Notes: generated by a model from the letters alone, not told the origin. Counted from the first letter of the stretch, positions 20,261 to 29,112 are shown. The stretch: 64,000 nucleotides of DNA from an uncultured virus (IMG/VR IMGVR_UViG_3300025648_000526) (IMGVR_UViG_3300025648_000526:1-64000); one strand, 5' to 3'. Numbers and translations are program-made.

Positions 20261-20929
20261 ATGATTATCGGGTTTGTAGGCTTCATGGGGTCAGGTAAAG
20301 GGACTGCCGGTGAGATTCTAAAAGATATGAACTTTCATCAAGAGAGTTTCGCCAATGGCGTTAAAGATGTCGCCTCCGTCATGTTTGGATGGCCTAGGCA
20401 TCTTTTAGAAGGTGATACTGATGAATCCCGTCAGTTTAGAGAAACACCAGATAAATTTTGGTCTGATAAGATGAGCAGAGATTTTACCCCTCGTGAAGCA
20501 CTACAAAAAGTTGGTACTGAAGCAGGTCGTGATACATTCCATAAAGATTTTTGGGTGTTGTCATTAGAGAATAGGATTAAATTTGCTACGGATTATGTTA
20601 TTACTGATGTTCGTTTTCCAAATGAAATAGATTGGATACACGAAAAAGGTGGTATTGTAATCGAACTCAAAAGAGGACAAAATCCTATTTGGTATGAAGA
20701 TATGGCCAACGATAATGACATGGAATTTAAAATAGAATTAATGAAAAAATTTGGTGTCCATGAATCAGAATGGGCATGGGTAGGAAGTCATACCGATGCC
20801 ACAGTTTGTAACAATGGCACAAAGGCAGAATTACAGGTCAATCTAATCAAAGTATTGACAAGTAAGTTAGGAAGCAGTATAATGAATAAACTACTATATC
20901 ATGGAGAAGAATTATATGAAGTTATCTAA
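20261..20929 (+). CDS. Deoxynucleoside monophosphate kinase (gp1-like)
   Basis: GFMGSGKGT, TPREALQKVGTEAGR, VITDVRFPNE and HESE motifs. Confidence 0.92.
   Translation: MIIGFVGFMGSGKGTAGEILKDMNFHQESFANGVKDVASVMFGWPRHLLEGDTDESRQFRETPDKFWSDKMSRDFTPREALQKVGTEAGRDTFHKDFWVLSLENRIKFATDYVITDVRFPNEIDWIHEKGGIVIELKRGQNPIWYEDMANDNDMEFKIELMKKFGVHESEWAWVGSHTDATVCNNGTKAELQVNLIKVLTSKLGSSIMNKLLYHGEELYEVI
20855..20883 (+). promoter_or_regulatory. Consensus sigma70 promoter for the gp45 operon (inside the dNMP kinase gene)
   Basis: TTGACA-17 nt-TATAAT. Confidence 0.75.
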
Positions 20930-21590
20930 TGAAACATTAAGCGTATTGAAGAATTTCTCTTCAATCAACCAAGGCATTCAGTTTAAGAAAGGCACTAAAC
21001 TAACAACAGTTTCAGCAAGTAAGACTGTGTTAGCACAAGCTATTCTTAAAGACGATTTCCCACAAGATTTTTGTATTTACGATTTGAATCAATTCTTATC
21101 AGTCCATTCTTTATTTAAAGATTCAGCTGAACTAGATTTTGACTCAACAAATATCGTATTCAAAAGCGGTAAACGTAAAACAAGTTATCGTATGACCGCT
21201 AAAGAAATGATTGTAACACCACCAGAAAAAGAATTAACTCTTCCATCTGTTGATTGTTCATTCACATTATCATCCGAAGATTTAGATTGGGCTTTAAAAA
21301 CAGCATCTGTTTTATCATCACCTCATATCGGAATTAAATCTGACGGAGATAAAATCGAAGTAATTACTTTTGATGCCGCAGACAACTCAGCACACACAAA
21401 CGCAATTGAAGTCGGCACAGGTAACGGTAAACAATACAACATTGTATTTAAAACCGAAAATATTAAACTAATACCAGGAAGTTATGATGTTCAAATTTCT
21501 TTCAAAGGTATTGGTCATTTTAAAAACACCAAAGATGATATTCAATATTGGATCGCATTTGAGGCTAAAGAATCTAAATTAGGAGCATAA
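20916..21590 (+). CDS. gp45: Sliding clamp gp45
   Basis: MKLSNETLSVLKNFSSINQ, IYDLNQFL and YWIAFE motifs. Confidence 0.95.
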   Translation: MKLSNETLSVLKNFSSINQGIQFKKGTKLTTVSASKTVLAQAILKDDFPQDFCIYDLNQFLSVHSLFKDSAELDFDSTNIVFKSGKRKTSYRMTAKEMIVTPPEKELTLPSVDCSFTLSSEDLDWALKTASVLSSPHIGIKSDGDKIEVITFDAADNSAHTNAIEVGTGNGKQYNIVFKTENIKLIPGSYDVQISFKGIGHFKNTKDDIQYWIAFEAKESKLGA

Positions 21591-21591
21591 T

Positions 21592-21783
21592 ATGTTATTA
21601 TCATTTACAGAAGCCGATTCAGGCAAACCAATCTCAATTAACCCAGCGCATGTTGTATTAGTATTTACAGCAAAACCTGAAGATAAAGAAGAACGCACAC
21701 TTATCAATATGTTGAACGGTAATGTTGCAGTTGCTGAACCATATCTTGATGTTGTTGGCGCTATTCAAGCAGAAATTAAATAA
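21592..21783 (+). CDS. Small hypothetical protein (FlbD-like pattern)
   Basis: ISINPAHVV...TLINMLNG...VAE; AGGAG RBS. Confidence 0.45.
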   Translation: MLLSFTEADSGKPISINPAHVVLVFTAKPEDKEERTLINMLNGNVAVAEPYLDVVGAIQAEIK

Positions 21784-22058
21784 TGGCTACAATTCAAACA
21801 CTATTTGGCACCTTTAATGATGAGCAATTAAAGACACTTAAAGGTGCTGTTGATGAAATGGTTCTTGTCATGCACAAGGCCGACACACTTAAAGGTGATA
21901 TGAAAGATATTGTGGATTCTACACATGACCTCTTAAAAGTTCCTAAAAAGATTATTAAGAAAATGGCTAAAGTGCAGTATAAACAATCCTTTCAAACCGA
22001 AGTTGCAGAGTCAAAAGAGTTTGAAGCATTATTTGAAGGCATTTCAGAAGTTAAATAA
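21783..22058 (+). CDS. Small dsDNA-binding protein (T4 DsbA-like)
   Basis: KDIVD....KVPKKIIKKMAKVQYKQSF...E.LFE pattern. Confidence 0.55.
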   Translation: MATIQTLFGTFNDEQLKTLKGAVDEMVLVMHKADTLKGDMKDIVDSTHDLLKVPKKIIKKMAKVQYKQSFQTEVAESKEFEALFEGISEVK

Positions 22059-22669
22059 TGCAACCAATTATAATAGACAATTTTATTCCTGAAGTATATC
22101 AGGATTCTATTCTTTATCTATTAACTGGTTCAGAATTTGGCTGGACATTAAATGACGATTCAGCTGGTTACGGTGACGAGCCAGCTGATAAGTATTTTCA
22201 TGTAAATATTCCAACTAAAGACCATATCCAGTTTAGACACACTTTCGTCAAAGAGAATGAATTAAAAAGTGATTTTTTAAAATATATTGGCGTATTAGTT
22301 GCTGAATTTGAAAATACAATGAAAGCAAGAGTCAAATATACAAAAAGAATCAAATCTAATTTGTTGGTAAGTAATCAAGTTGGTCCATGGATACAACCAC
22401 CTCATGTTGATGGAATGAATTTAAAAGATGGCGTTGTTGATGCTATTGGTAAATATTCACTATTATATTATGTAAATAATTCAGATGGTGATACTACACT
22501 ATATAATGAATACTTTACTGGAGAGTCTGTTGGTGAATTAACCGTTCAACAAAAGATTTTGCCTGTAAAAGGTCGAGCAGTTATATTTGATTCTAATCAG
22601 ATACATTCTGCTAGTTGTCCTAAAGTTAATGATACTCGTATTGTCATTAATTGTATTTTTGAGATTTAA
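22058..22669 (+). CDS. 2OG-Fe(II) oxygenase
   Basis: PHVD (HxD), LYYVNNSDGDT, GRAVIFD...H and RIVIN motifs. Confidence 0.88.
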   Translation: MQPIIIDNFIPEVYQDSILYLLTGSEFGWTLNDDSAGYGDEPADKYFHVNIPTKDHIQFRHTFVKENELKSDFLKYIGVLVAEFENTMKARVKYTKRIKSNLLVSNQVGPWIQPPHVDGMNLKDGVVDAIGKYSLLYYVNNSDGDTTLYNEYFTGESVGELTVQQKILPVKGRAVIFDSNQIHSASCPKVNDTRIVINCIFEI

Positions 22670-22689
22670 TTTTATTATGGGAGTTTTGA

Positions 22690-23619
22690 ATGCAAGAATT
22701 ATTATGGGTAGAGAAGTATCGTCCTAAAAAAGTAGAAGATTGTATTTTACCTGATACAATCAAAACTACATTCCAAGAGTTTGTAAATCGTAAAGAAATA
22801 CCAAATCTATTACTATCTGGTTCAGCAGGCGTAGGCAAAACTACTATTGCTAAAGCATTGTGTGAAGAAGTTGGTTGTGATTATCTAGTTATCAATGGTT
22901 CAGATGACAGAGGTATCGCAACGATGCAAACCACAGTCAAGAACTATGCTACTTCAATCAGTCTATCTGGTGGTAGAAAAGTTATCATCCTAGACGAAGC
23001 AGATAATATTACACCAGATGCACAAAAGGCATTAAGAGGCATGATGGAGGCAGTATCTATCAATTGCTCATTCATCTTTACTTGTAATTTCAAAAACAGA
23101 ATTATTGATGCTATTCATTCAAGATGTTCAGTTATCGATTTCAAAATCAACGGCTCTAAAGCTAAAATGGCAGCATCTTTCTTTAAGAGAGTTGAATGGA
23201 TTCTCGAACAAGAAAATATCACATATGATAAAGAAGTTGTTGCTTCAATTATCACAAAACACTTTCCAGACAATCGTAGAATATTAAATGAACTTCAAAG
23301 ATATTCTGTAACAGGCACTATTGATAAAGGCATTCTATCAAACGTATCTGATATTCAAATTGAAGCCCTAGTCAAATCACTTAAAGATAAAGACTTTTCT
23401 GCTTGTCGTAAATGGGTTACAAACAATCTAGACAATGACCCAGCTAAACTGTTCCGTAAGTTATATGATGCATTATTTGAATCACTAAAACCAAATGGTA
23501 TTGCACAGTTGGTAATCATTCTTGCTAGGTATCAATATCAATCTGCTTTTGTTGCTGACCAAGAAATCAATACTATTGCTTGTTTAACAGAAATTATGGT
23601 AGATTGTGAATTTAAATAA
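22690..23619 (+). CDS. gp44: Clamp loader large subunit gp44
   Basis: LWVEKYRP, GSAGVGKTT, IILDEAD and SRC motifs. Confidence 0.97.
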   Translation: MQELLWVEKYRPKKVEDCILPDTIKTTFQEFVNRKEIPNLLLSGSAGVGKTTIAKALCEEVGCDYLVINGSDDRGIATMQTTVKNYATSISLSGGRKVIILDEADNITPDAQKALRGMMEAVSINCSFIFTCNFKNRIIDAIHSRCSVIDFKINGSKAKMAASFFKRVEWILEQENITYDKEVVASIITKHFPDNRRILNELQRYSVTGTIDKGILSNVSDIQIEALVKSLKDKDFSACRKWVTNNLDNDPAKLFRKLYDALFESLKPNGIAQLVIILARYQYQSAFVADQEINTIACLTEIMVDCEFK

Positions 23620-24008
23620 TGGCAGACTTATTTAAAGAAGTTATTCCGTCAATATTACAGACAAAAAAGTCAGTCTTACATGATGATGTGGATGTAAAAA
23701 AATACGATGCTTTTATTGTCAACCGAGCGTTGTCCTATCACATGGATTGTGTTCTCCACGCTAATGAGATAAATAAGAATCCTAGCTTAGATAATGATAT
23801 GCAATACCAATATTATCTAAATAATATAAGACCTATGAAACGGAAATTTCAACCGTGGCAGAAATCAGAGGTCATAAAAGACATAGATTCAATCAGGCGA
23901 TATTTTGGTTACTCCAATGAGAAGGCCAAAGAAGCATTAAGAATTTTGACTGACGAACAAATCGCTGAAATAAAAATAAAAACCGATAAAGGCGGGATAA
24001 ACAAATAA
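23619..24008 (+). CDS. gp62: Clamp loader small subunit gp62
   Basis: FIVNRALSY and YFGYSNEKAKEAL motifs; follows gp44. Confidence 0.93.
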   Translation: MADLFKEVIPSILQTKKSVLHDDVDVKKYDAFIVNRALSYHMDCVLHANEINKNPSLDNDMQYQYYLNNIRPMKRKFQPWQKSEVIKDIDSIRRYFGYSNEKAKEALRILTDEQIAEIKIKTDKGGINK

Positions 24009-24415
24009 TGATTTCAATTACAAGTTTAGTTGAAGTTACACTAGCAGAAAAAGACGACTTCTTAAAGGTTCGTGAAACCTTAACTCGCATTGGTGTTGCT
24101 TCAAAGAAAGATAGAACATTGTATCAATCGTGCCATATATTACATAAACAAGGCAGATACTATATTGTTCACTTTAAAGAATTATTTGCATTAGACGGTA
24201 AACCTACAGATATCACAGAGAATGATTTATCTCGTAGAAATGCTATTGCTAAACTATTACAAGATTGGGAATTAGTAAAAATTGTAGATAAAAAATCTAT
24301 TGAAACACCAGAACCAATCTTTTTATCTCAAGTAAAAATCATCTCACATAAAGAAAGAGATGAGTGGAATTTAGTACCAAAATATAACATTGGTAAAAAA
24401 GCACAAAGCTATTGA
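24008..24415 (+). CDS. regA: Translational repressor RegA
   Basis: DDFLKVRETLTRIGVAS and LYQSCHILHKQGRYYIVHFKELFALDG motifs. Confidence 0.97.
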   Translation: MISITSLVEVTLAEKDDFLKVRETLTRIGVASKKDRTLYQSCHILHKQGRYYIVHFKELFALDGKPTDITENDLSRRNAIAKLLQDWELVKIVDKKSIETPEPIFLSQVKIISHKERDEWNLVPKYNIGKKAQSY

Positions 24416-24442
24416 CATTGTAATTGAGGTGTGATATAAATA
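24412..24442 (+). promoter_or_regulatory. Overlapping sigma70 and T4 late promoter upstream of hsp20
   Basis: TTGACA-17 nt-TATAAA, where the -10 is part of TATAAATA. Confidence 0.65.
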
Positions 24443-24445
24443 TAA

Positions 24446-24506
24446 GTGTAAGGTGCCTTCGGGGTCTTACATTTTTTTAACTCGCTTAATAGGAGATTTT
24501 AACATG
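24446..24506 (+). promoter_or_regulatory. Structured hsp20 5' UTR, candidate ROSE-like RNA thermometer
   Basis: UUCG hairpin, then CTCGCT-taat-AGGAG able to pair over the Shine-Dalgarno sequence. Confidence 0.55.
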
Positions 24507-24917
24507 ACAGCTTTACAAGGCTATCGGCATTTATTGCCTCAAACAGTAGGATTTGACCATTTATTTTCAACACTTGATGAAATGGTGGATTTAAAGACTA
24601 CTTCATACCCACCCTACAATATCAAAAAAATTGACGAAACAAACTATAGTATAGATGTTGCGATTGCAGGCTTCAATAAAGATGAAGTCGAAATCCGTGT
24701 AGAAGGTGACAAACTTACCGTAATAGGTGAAACTATCAATGAAGACACTTCAACCTACTTACACAAGGGAATTGCTAATAGAAACTTTACACTAAACTTT
24801 ACATTATCAGATACAGTTGTTGTTGGTGATGCAGAGTTTAATAATGGTATATTATCTATTGGTTTAGAGAACGTAATACCAGATTCTAAAAAACCAAGAA
24901 CAATTACTATTAAATAA
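24504..24917 (+). CDS. Small heat-shock protein (Hsp20/IbpA family)
   Basis: VGFD, YPPYNI, AIAGF, YLHKGIANRNF and NGILSI motifs. Confidence 0.95.
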   Translation: MTALQGYRHLLPQTVGFDHLFSTLDEMVDLKTTSYPPYNIKKIDETNYSIDVAIAGFNKDEVEIRVEGDKLTVIGETINEDTSTYLHKGIANRNFTLNFTLSDTVVVGDAEFNNGILSIGLENVIPDSKKPRTITIK

Positions 24918-24922
24918 GTTTT

Positions 24923-24996
24923 TACCCTGTAGTGTAACGGTAGCATAAGAGCCTCCAAATCTCTCGGTCGCAGTTCAAATCTGTGCAGGGTAGCCA
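24923..24996 (+). tRNA. tRNA-Trp(CCA)
   Basis: Acceptor taccctg/cagggta, G discriminator and encoded CCA; D arm; anticodon loop CTCCAAA; T arm cgcag-TTCAAAT-ctgtg. Confidence 0.9.
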
Positions 24997-25022
24997 ATTA
25001 ACTAAAAGAAAGAAGGTAAAAA

Positions 25023-25379
25023 ATGGACTCTTGGGGTTATCACTTAATTTTGGATGTAAGAGGTTGTGATATTGAAAAAGCAACTAATCCAGATTATATT
25101 CGTGATTTTACTAAAGAATTAGTTAAACGAATAGATATGAAACCTTATGGAGAACCCCAAGTGGTTCATTTTGCTGATAATACTGATTTAGCAGGTTGGA
25201 CAGTATTACAACTAATTCATACCTCTAATATTACTGCTCATTTCTGTGATATTAATGGTGACTTGTATTTAGATGTGTTTTCATGTAAGGAATTCGATGG
25301 AGATGTCGTGGTTCAGTTCCTAAACGATTCTTTTAAACCATTGAGAATAACCTCTAGATATCTTTACAGAACAGCGTAG
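25023..25379 (+). CDS. speD: S-adenosylmethionine decarboxylase proenzyme
   Basis: WGYHLILD, I.TSNITAHF and YLDVFSCK motifs. Confidence 0.88.
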   Translation: MDSWGYHLILDVRGCDIEKATNPDYIRDFTKELVKRIDMKPYGEPQVVHFADNTDLAGWTVLQLIHTSNITAHFCDINGDLYLDVFSCKEFDGDVVVQFLNDSFKPLRITSRYLYRTA

Positions 25380-25435
25380 ACCTAAATAATGCTGTGTGGG
25401 ATACCTAAAGATTATGCTATTAGTTGGAAATCTAA

Positions 25436-25966
25436 ATGCAAATCAGAATATCCAAATGTCCAGACAGTAAGAATTTCAGACCATATGTTAAAAGGGCTGT
25501 GGAATTCTATGGACAAGAGCTTATTAAAAATAAAAGACTATATAACAACATCTATGTTGATATTAAGTTTGACTCTAAAATAGATGCGTTTGGATATGCA
25601 TCCATTGAAGGATACAATACTTTAGGTAAACCTAGAGAGTTTCTTATAGAGGTTCATCCTGGTATTAGTGCTAAAGACATATTGTCTACATTAGCACATG
25701 AAATGGTTCATGTTCATCAGTATGCTACAGGGCTATTAACTGATGTAGAAAAAGACATAACTAGATGGTGTGGTAAAAAGATTGATCCAGATAAACTAGA
25801 CTATTATAGTCATCCATGGGAAATAGAAGCACATGGAAAAGAAATAGGTTTGCTTGCCAAATTTGTAGTAAAAGAACAGTTATGGAATATATTCGATAAA
25901 GTGAATGATCCATCTGCTCCAATCACAGATAAACCATTAGGTTGGAAAAATTTGGTAAACAAATAA
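25436..25966 (+). CDS. Zincin-like metallopeptidase-domain protein
   Basis: TLAHEMVHVHQY (HExxH) and PWEIEA motifs. Confidence 0.75.
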   Translation: MQIRISKCPDSKNFRPYVKRAVEFYGQELIKNKRLYNNIYVDIKFDSKIDAFGYASIEGYNTLGKPREFLIEVHPGISAKDILSTLAHEMVHVHQYATGLLTDVEKDITRWCGKKIDPDKLDYYSHPWEIEAHGKEIGLLAKFVVKEQLWNIFDKVNDPSAPITDKPLGWKNLVNK

Positions 25967-25973
25967 CTTATGC

Positions 25974-26002
25974 TTGACATTATGTGTGAGTTATGAGATA
26001 AT
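25974..26002 (+). promoter_or_regulatory. Sigma70 promoter upstream of the tRNA-Gly-like gene
   Basis: TTGACA-17 nt-GATAAT. Confidence 0.7.
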
Positions 26003-26029
26003 AATAAAACTGAAAGATTAAATGATTAT

Positions 26030-26097
26030 GCGGTGGGTTGTAGAACAAGCATTTCTTCCCGTTATGTTGCTTTGTGCAAGTCAAAGACACCGCTCCA
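26030..26097 (+). tRNA. Non-canonical tRNA-Gly(TCC)-like RNA
   Basis: GCGGTG/CACCGC acceptor with T discriminator and CCA; mini D arm ttgt-aga-acaa; loop CTTCCCG; T arm ctttg-TGCAAGT-caaag. Confidence 0.72.
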
Positions 26098-26103
26098 AAT
26101 TCG

Positions 26104-26307
26104 ATGGCAGCTAAAAACGATATCACCGGCGATTCAATCTCAACTAAAGTAAATTCAAAAGAATATACTGATAATTGGGATTTGATTTGGGGTAAAAAGA
26201 AAAAAGAAAGTCGTATGGATATTATAGGCCAAAACGGTAATGACGGTTCACATTATGAGGAGATAGAAAATGGCAACAGCAGCGAGAGTCCATCCGGGCA
26301 AACGTAA
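26104..26307 (+). CDS. Small hypothetical protein
   Basis: MAAKNDITGDSI..K...Y.DNWD.IW pattern; ATG 26104 avoids overlap with the tRNA-like gene. Confidence 0.55.
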   Translation: MAAKNDITGDSISTKVNSKEYTDNWDLIWGKKKKESRMDIIGQNGNDGSHYEEIENGNSSESPSGQT

Positions 26308-26512
26308 AGCAGACCCAATGAAACATAAAACGGGCAAACCTAGATTAGGTCCACTAAATCTAAAACAATTAACAGACTTAATAGAAAAAACTCAAGTCAA
26401 AAAAATCAAAGCAAAATTTCAAAGAGAATTGGAACGAAGAAATATTTTGGCAGTAAAGAAACAAGGTTTTAAAGTAAAGAAAAATCAAGTATCAATTAAT
26501 GAAAATCACTAG
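26270..26512 (+). CDS. Small basic hypothetical protein
   Basis: GAGGAG RBS; Lys/Arg-rich. Confidence 0.55.
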   Translation: MATAARVHPGKRKADPMKHKTGKPRLGPLNLKQLTDLIEKTQVKKIKAKFQRELERRNILAVKKQGFKVKKNQVSINENH

Positions 26513-26533
26513 TAACATTTAAGTAATAAATCC

Positions 26534-26562
26534 TTTACTTTTCGTTACATTCCTTATATAAT
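26534..26562 (+). promoter_or_regulatory. Sigma70 promoter for pqqA
   Basis: TTTACT-17 nt-TATAAT. Confidence 0.7.
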
Positions 26563-26611
26563 AATGGTGTTAGAGTAGAAATTCTAACATAACCTTTAAA
26601 GGAGATATACC

Positions 26612-26683
26612 ATGTGGACATCACCAGCTGCAACTGAAATGCGTTTTGGCTTCGAAGTTACTATGTATGTAATGAACAAGTAA
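26612..26683 (+). CDS. pqqA: Pyrroloquinoline quinone precursor peptide PqqA (23 aa, MWTSPAATEMRFGFEVTMYVMNK)
   Basis: Hand translation; MW..P and RFGFEVTMY with the E-x-x-x-Y core; AAGGAG RBS; own promoter and terminator. Confidence 0.95.
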   Translation: MWTSPAATEMRFGFEVTMYVMNK

Positions 26684-26705
26684 TTAACGATTCAGTTTAC
26701 TAAAT

Positions 26706-26737
26706 AAAACGAGAGCCTAAAAACTCTCGTTTTTTTA
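26706..26737 (+). terminator. Rho-independent terminator after pqqA
   Basis: aaaacgagag-cctaaaaa-ctctcgtttt plus U-run. Confidence 0.85.
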
Positions 26738-26757
26738 TTTCCAAAAAGGACATCATC

Positions 26758-27054
26758 ATGAAATACCTTTTGATTGTTTTACTTTTAATATTATCAACAG
26801 TAGCAATGTCAGAAGAATATTTGGTGATGTATTATAATCCTCATGTTAGGATTGTTTTATCAAAAGATACTTGTTTATTTAAAGAATTAGATGGTAAGAG
26901 AGCGGCTGCTCAGAGGTCTGACGGACAGGTTCTTCAAGGTTGTTGGAATCCATCAAAAGACGGAAAACAAATCACAATTAAATGGCACAATCCAGCAGTG
27001 CCTGATGATTCATCAACATTTGAAACAGAAAGATTTATTCCTACAACAGAATAA
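26758..27054 (+). CDS. Small secreted hypothetical protein
   Basis: Signal peptide MKYLLIVLLLILSTVAMS; two Cys; AGGA RBS. Confidence 0.65.
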   Translation: MKYLLIVLLLILSTVAMSEEYLVMYYNPHVRIVLSKDTCLFKELDGKRAAAQRSDGQVLQGCWNPSKDGKQITIKWHNPAVPDDSSTFETERFIPTTE

Positions 27055-29112
27055 TTATTTTGAGGTGGCACGATAAGTGCCGTCCCAATTTGCAGGTAAT
27101 CCTTCTTCCATTCTTTCTATCATTTTAGAATAGTATTCTTTTATGGTAACATCATCATTGTTTAACATTTTTCTAGCCCAATCAATTGCTTTATCCCAAT
27201 TACCACGATAATATTCTTTTAGATATTCATTGTGCATGTAAGCAATAGTTTTGCCTACTGTATAAATTTTGACACCTTCTGTTTTACCTTTAACTGCTAT
27301 GTTGTCTAATTCAACAACGCTATAATTATCTTTAACTAATTCAGCAGTTAATGGACCAAGAATAATCTTAACGCCATAGGGTTTAGATTGTCCTTCAAGT
27401 CTACTTGATAGGTTGACTGCATCTCCGAGGCAAGTGTAATCAAAACGATAGCGGCTACCCATATTACCAACAACAACACTACCAGTATTGAGCCCAATCC
27501 CCATTCCGAACGGCGGTATGCCTTCTTTTTCAATTTCTTTATTAAATTCATCTAAATCTCCTAACATTTCTAAAGCTGTTTTTACGGCATTGATGGCATG
27601 GTCTTTATCATCAAGAGGTGCATTCCAAAAAGCCATCTGAGCATCACCAATATACTTATCTAGCGTTCCATTATTATCTAAAATCTTTTGTGTCATAGCA
27701 GTCATATATCGGTTCATGATAGAAGTTAAACCTTGAACGTCTTTACCATAGTGTTCTGATATTGTGGTGAATCCACGAACATCAGTAAACATAATAGTTA
27801 AATCTTTTGTTTCACCACCGAGTTTTAATAATTCTGGATTCTTTTGTAATTTTTCAACAAGTGCTGGTGATAGGTACGTTCCAAATTGTTTTTTGATTTG
27901 TAATTTTTGATTTAACTCACTTATAAATTTAACAGTATACGCATGAGCATAAACAAGACAAAGAGTAAGAATAGGAAAGATACAGTCCACCAAATAATTG
28001 TAATGATTAAAGGTATAATGAGAACCATAATATAAAGAAACAATAATAGTAACAATAAAGATAATAGCATATTTCCACCTCGATAATAAAATTAATAATA
28101 TAGACATCATAATTGTGAATAAAAGTTCGGCACCAGTAGCCCAATCAGGTCGTTCTATATTGACATTATTAGCTAAGGTGCCGATTACAGCAGCCTGCAC
28201 ATCTTGAGGCCATACTGAACCTATACTTGTAGGTAAAGGATTGCCTAATCCTGAAGCAGTTACTCCAACAATAACTATTCCTTTGTTAAAGTTTTTTGGT
28301 AGATTTACTGCTGAAACAGAATTTGATTTTTGTGACCAATCAACCCATATACGACCAAGTGAGTCTGTTGCAATTGGTCTAAAACTTGGTATTCGCATCT
28401 TCTCAACTCCGTTCTCATTAAGTTTGACTTGAAATGTTGAGTCACCAGACATAACCCTTAACACTTCTAAAGATACACTTGGGTAAATATTACCATTATA
28501 TCCAACGAACAAAGGTATTCTACGATTAACACCGTCTATTTCAGGTAATGTGTTTGTTATTCCAACTCCAGCAGCCGAAGATTCTAATGACGGAATGTTA
28601 GCAATAATACCTGGATAATTTAAAATAGTATTGATGTTTTCTGAACCAATAATAACAGAACCAGGTTTCTTTGCTGTATTTTTATTTGATTGTGAAGGAG
28701 AGTTTACTAAAATTACAGGATGGTCTTTGATTGTATCTTCTAATGCTTTGTCACCACCTAATCGGTCGGCTTCAGGCATCATTATATTCCATACAACTAA
28801 ACCGGCATTATGAGCATACAACTGAGCAATTAAATTGGCATATTGGTCACGTTTAAATGGCCATTGACCATAACGGTCTAAAGTGTTTTCATCAATATTA
28901 ACCGTATAGATATTATTAACGGTTTGAGTTTTGCCTGAAATGAGAGTGTCAAAATATCGTAATCGGATTGATTCGATAAAGTTAGAATTGGAAACAGCAA
29001 TCACTAACGCTAAGGTTAGTAATGCTGTCCATGGTGATAATAGATATTTCTTAAACAAGTGATAATAAAGTTTGTGTTGCTGTAACCAACCATCTATAGG
29101 CAGTTTCATCAT
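27055..29112 (-). CDS. CHASE2-domain membrane adenylate cyclase (class III)
   Basis: CHASE2 motifs IDE.TL..YGQWPF.R and DGVNRRIPL; TM helices; FTDVRGFT, LDKYIGDA and GDAVNLSSRLE catalytic motifs; start uncertain (possibly TTG 29058). Confidence 0.93.
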   Translation of the reverse strand: MMKLPIDGWLQQHKLYYHLFKKYLLSPWTALLTLALVIAVSNSNFIESIRLRYFDTLISGKTQTVNNIYTVNIDENTLDRYGQWPFKRDQYANLIAQLYAHNAGLVVWNIMMPEADRLGGDKALEDTIKDHPVILVNSPSQSNKNTAKKPGSVIIGSENINTILNYPGIIANIPSLESSAAGVGITNTLPEIDGVNRRIPLFVGYNGNIYPSVSLEVLRVMSGDSTFQVKLNENGVEKMRIPSFRPIATDSLGRIWVDWSQKSNSVSAVNLPKNFNKGIVIVGVTASGLGNPLPTSIGSVWPQDVQAAVIGTLANNVNIERPDWATGAELLFTIMMSILLILLSRWKYAIIFIVTIIVSLYYGSHYTFNHYNYLVDCIFPILTLCLVYAHAYTVKFISELNQKLQIKKQFGTYLSPALVEKLQKNPELLKLGGETKDLTIMFTDVRGFTTISEHYGKDVQGLTSIMNRYMTAMTQKILDNNGTLDKYIGDAQMAFWNAPLDDKDHAINAVKTALEMLGDLDEFNKEIEKEGIPPFGMGIGLNTGSVVVGNMGSRYRFDYTCLGDAVNLSSRLEGQSKPYGVKIILGPLTAELVKDNYSVVELDNIAVKGKTEGVKIYTVGKTIAYMHNEYLKEYYRGNWDKAIDWARKMLNNDDVTIKEYYSKMIERMEEGLPANWDGTYRATSK

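Noticed and set aside
20151..20264. 37-codon ORF MSNIDKIRDLLSKIEYRPIE... between the glycosyltransferase and dNMP kinase
   Set aside because: Plausibly real because it is coupled at both ends, but too short and featureless to assign.
24755..24997. Minus-strand 80-aa ORF (MATLHRFELRPRDLEALMLPLHYR...)
   Set aside because: It is the antisense reading of tRNA-Trp and the hsp20 3' end.
26074..26103. GTG start extension of ORF 26074-26307
   Set aside because: It overlaps the T arm and acceptor of the tRNA-Gly-like gene; ATG 26104 is the more plausible start.
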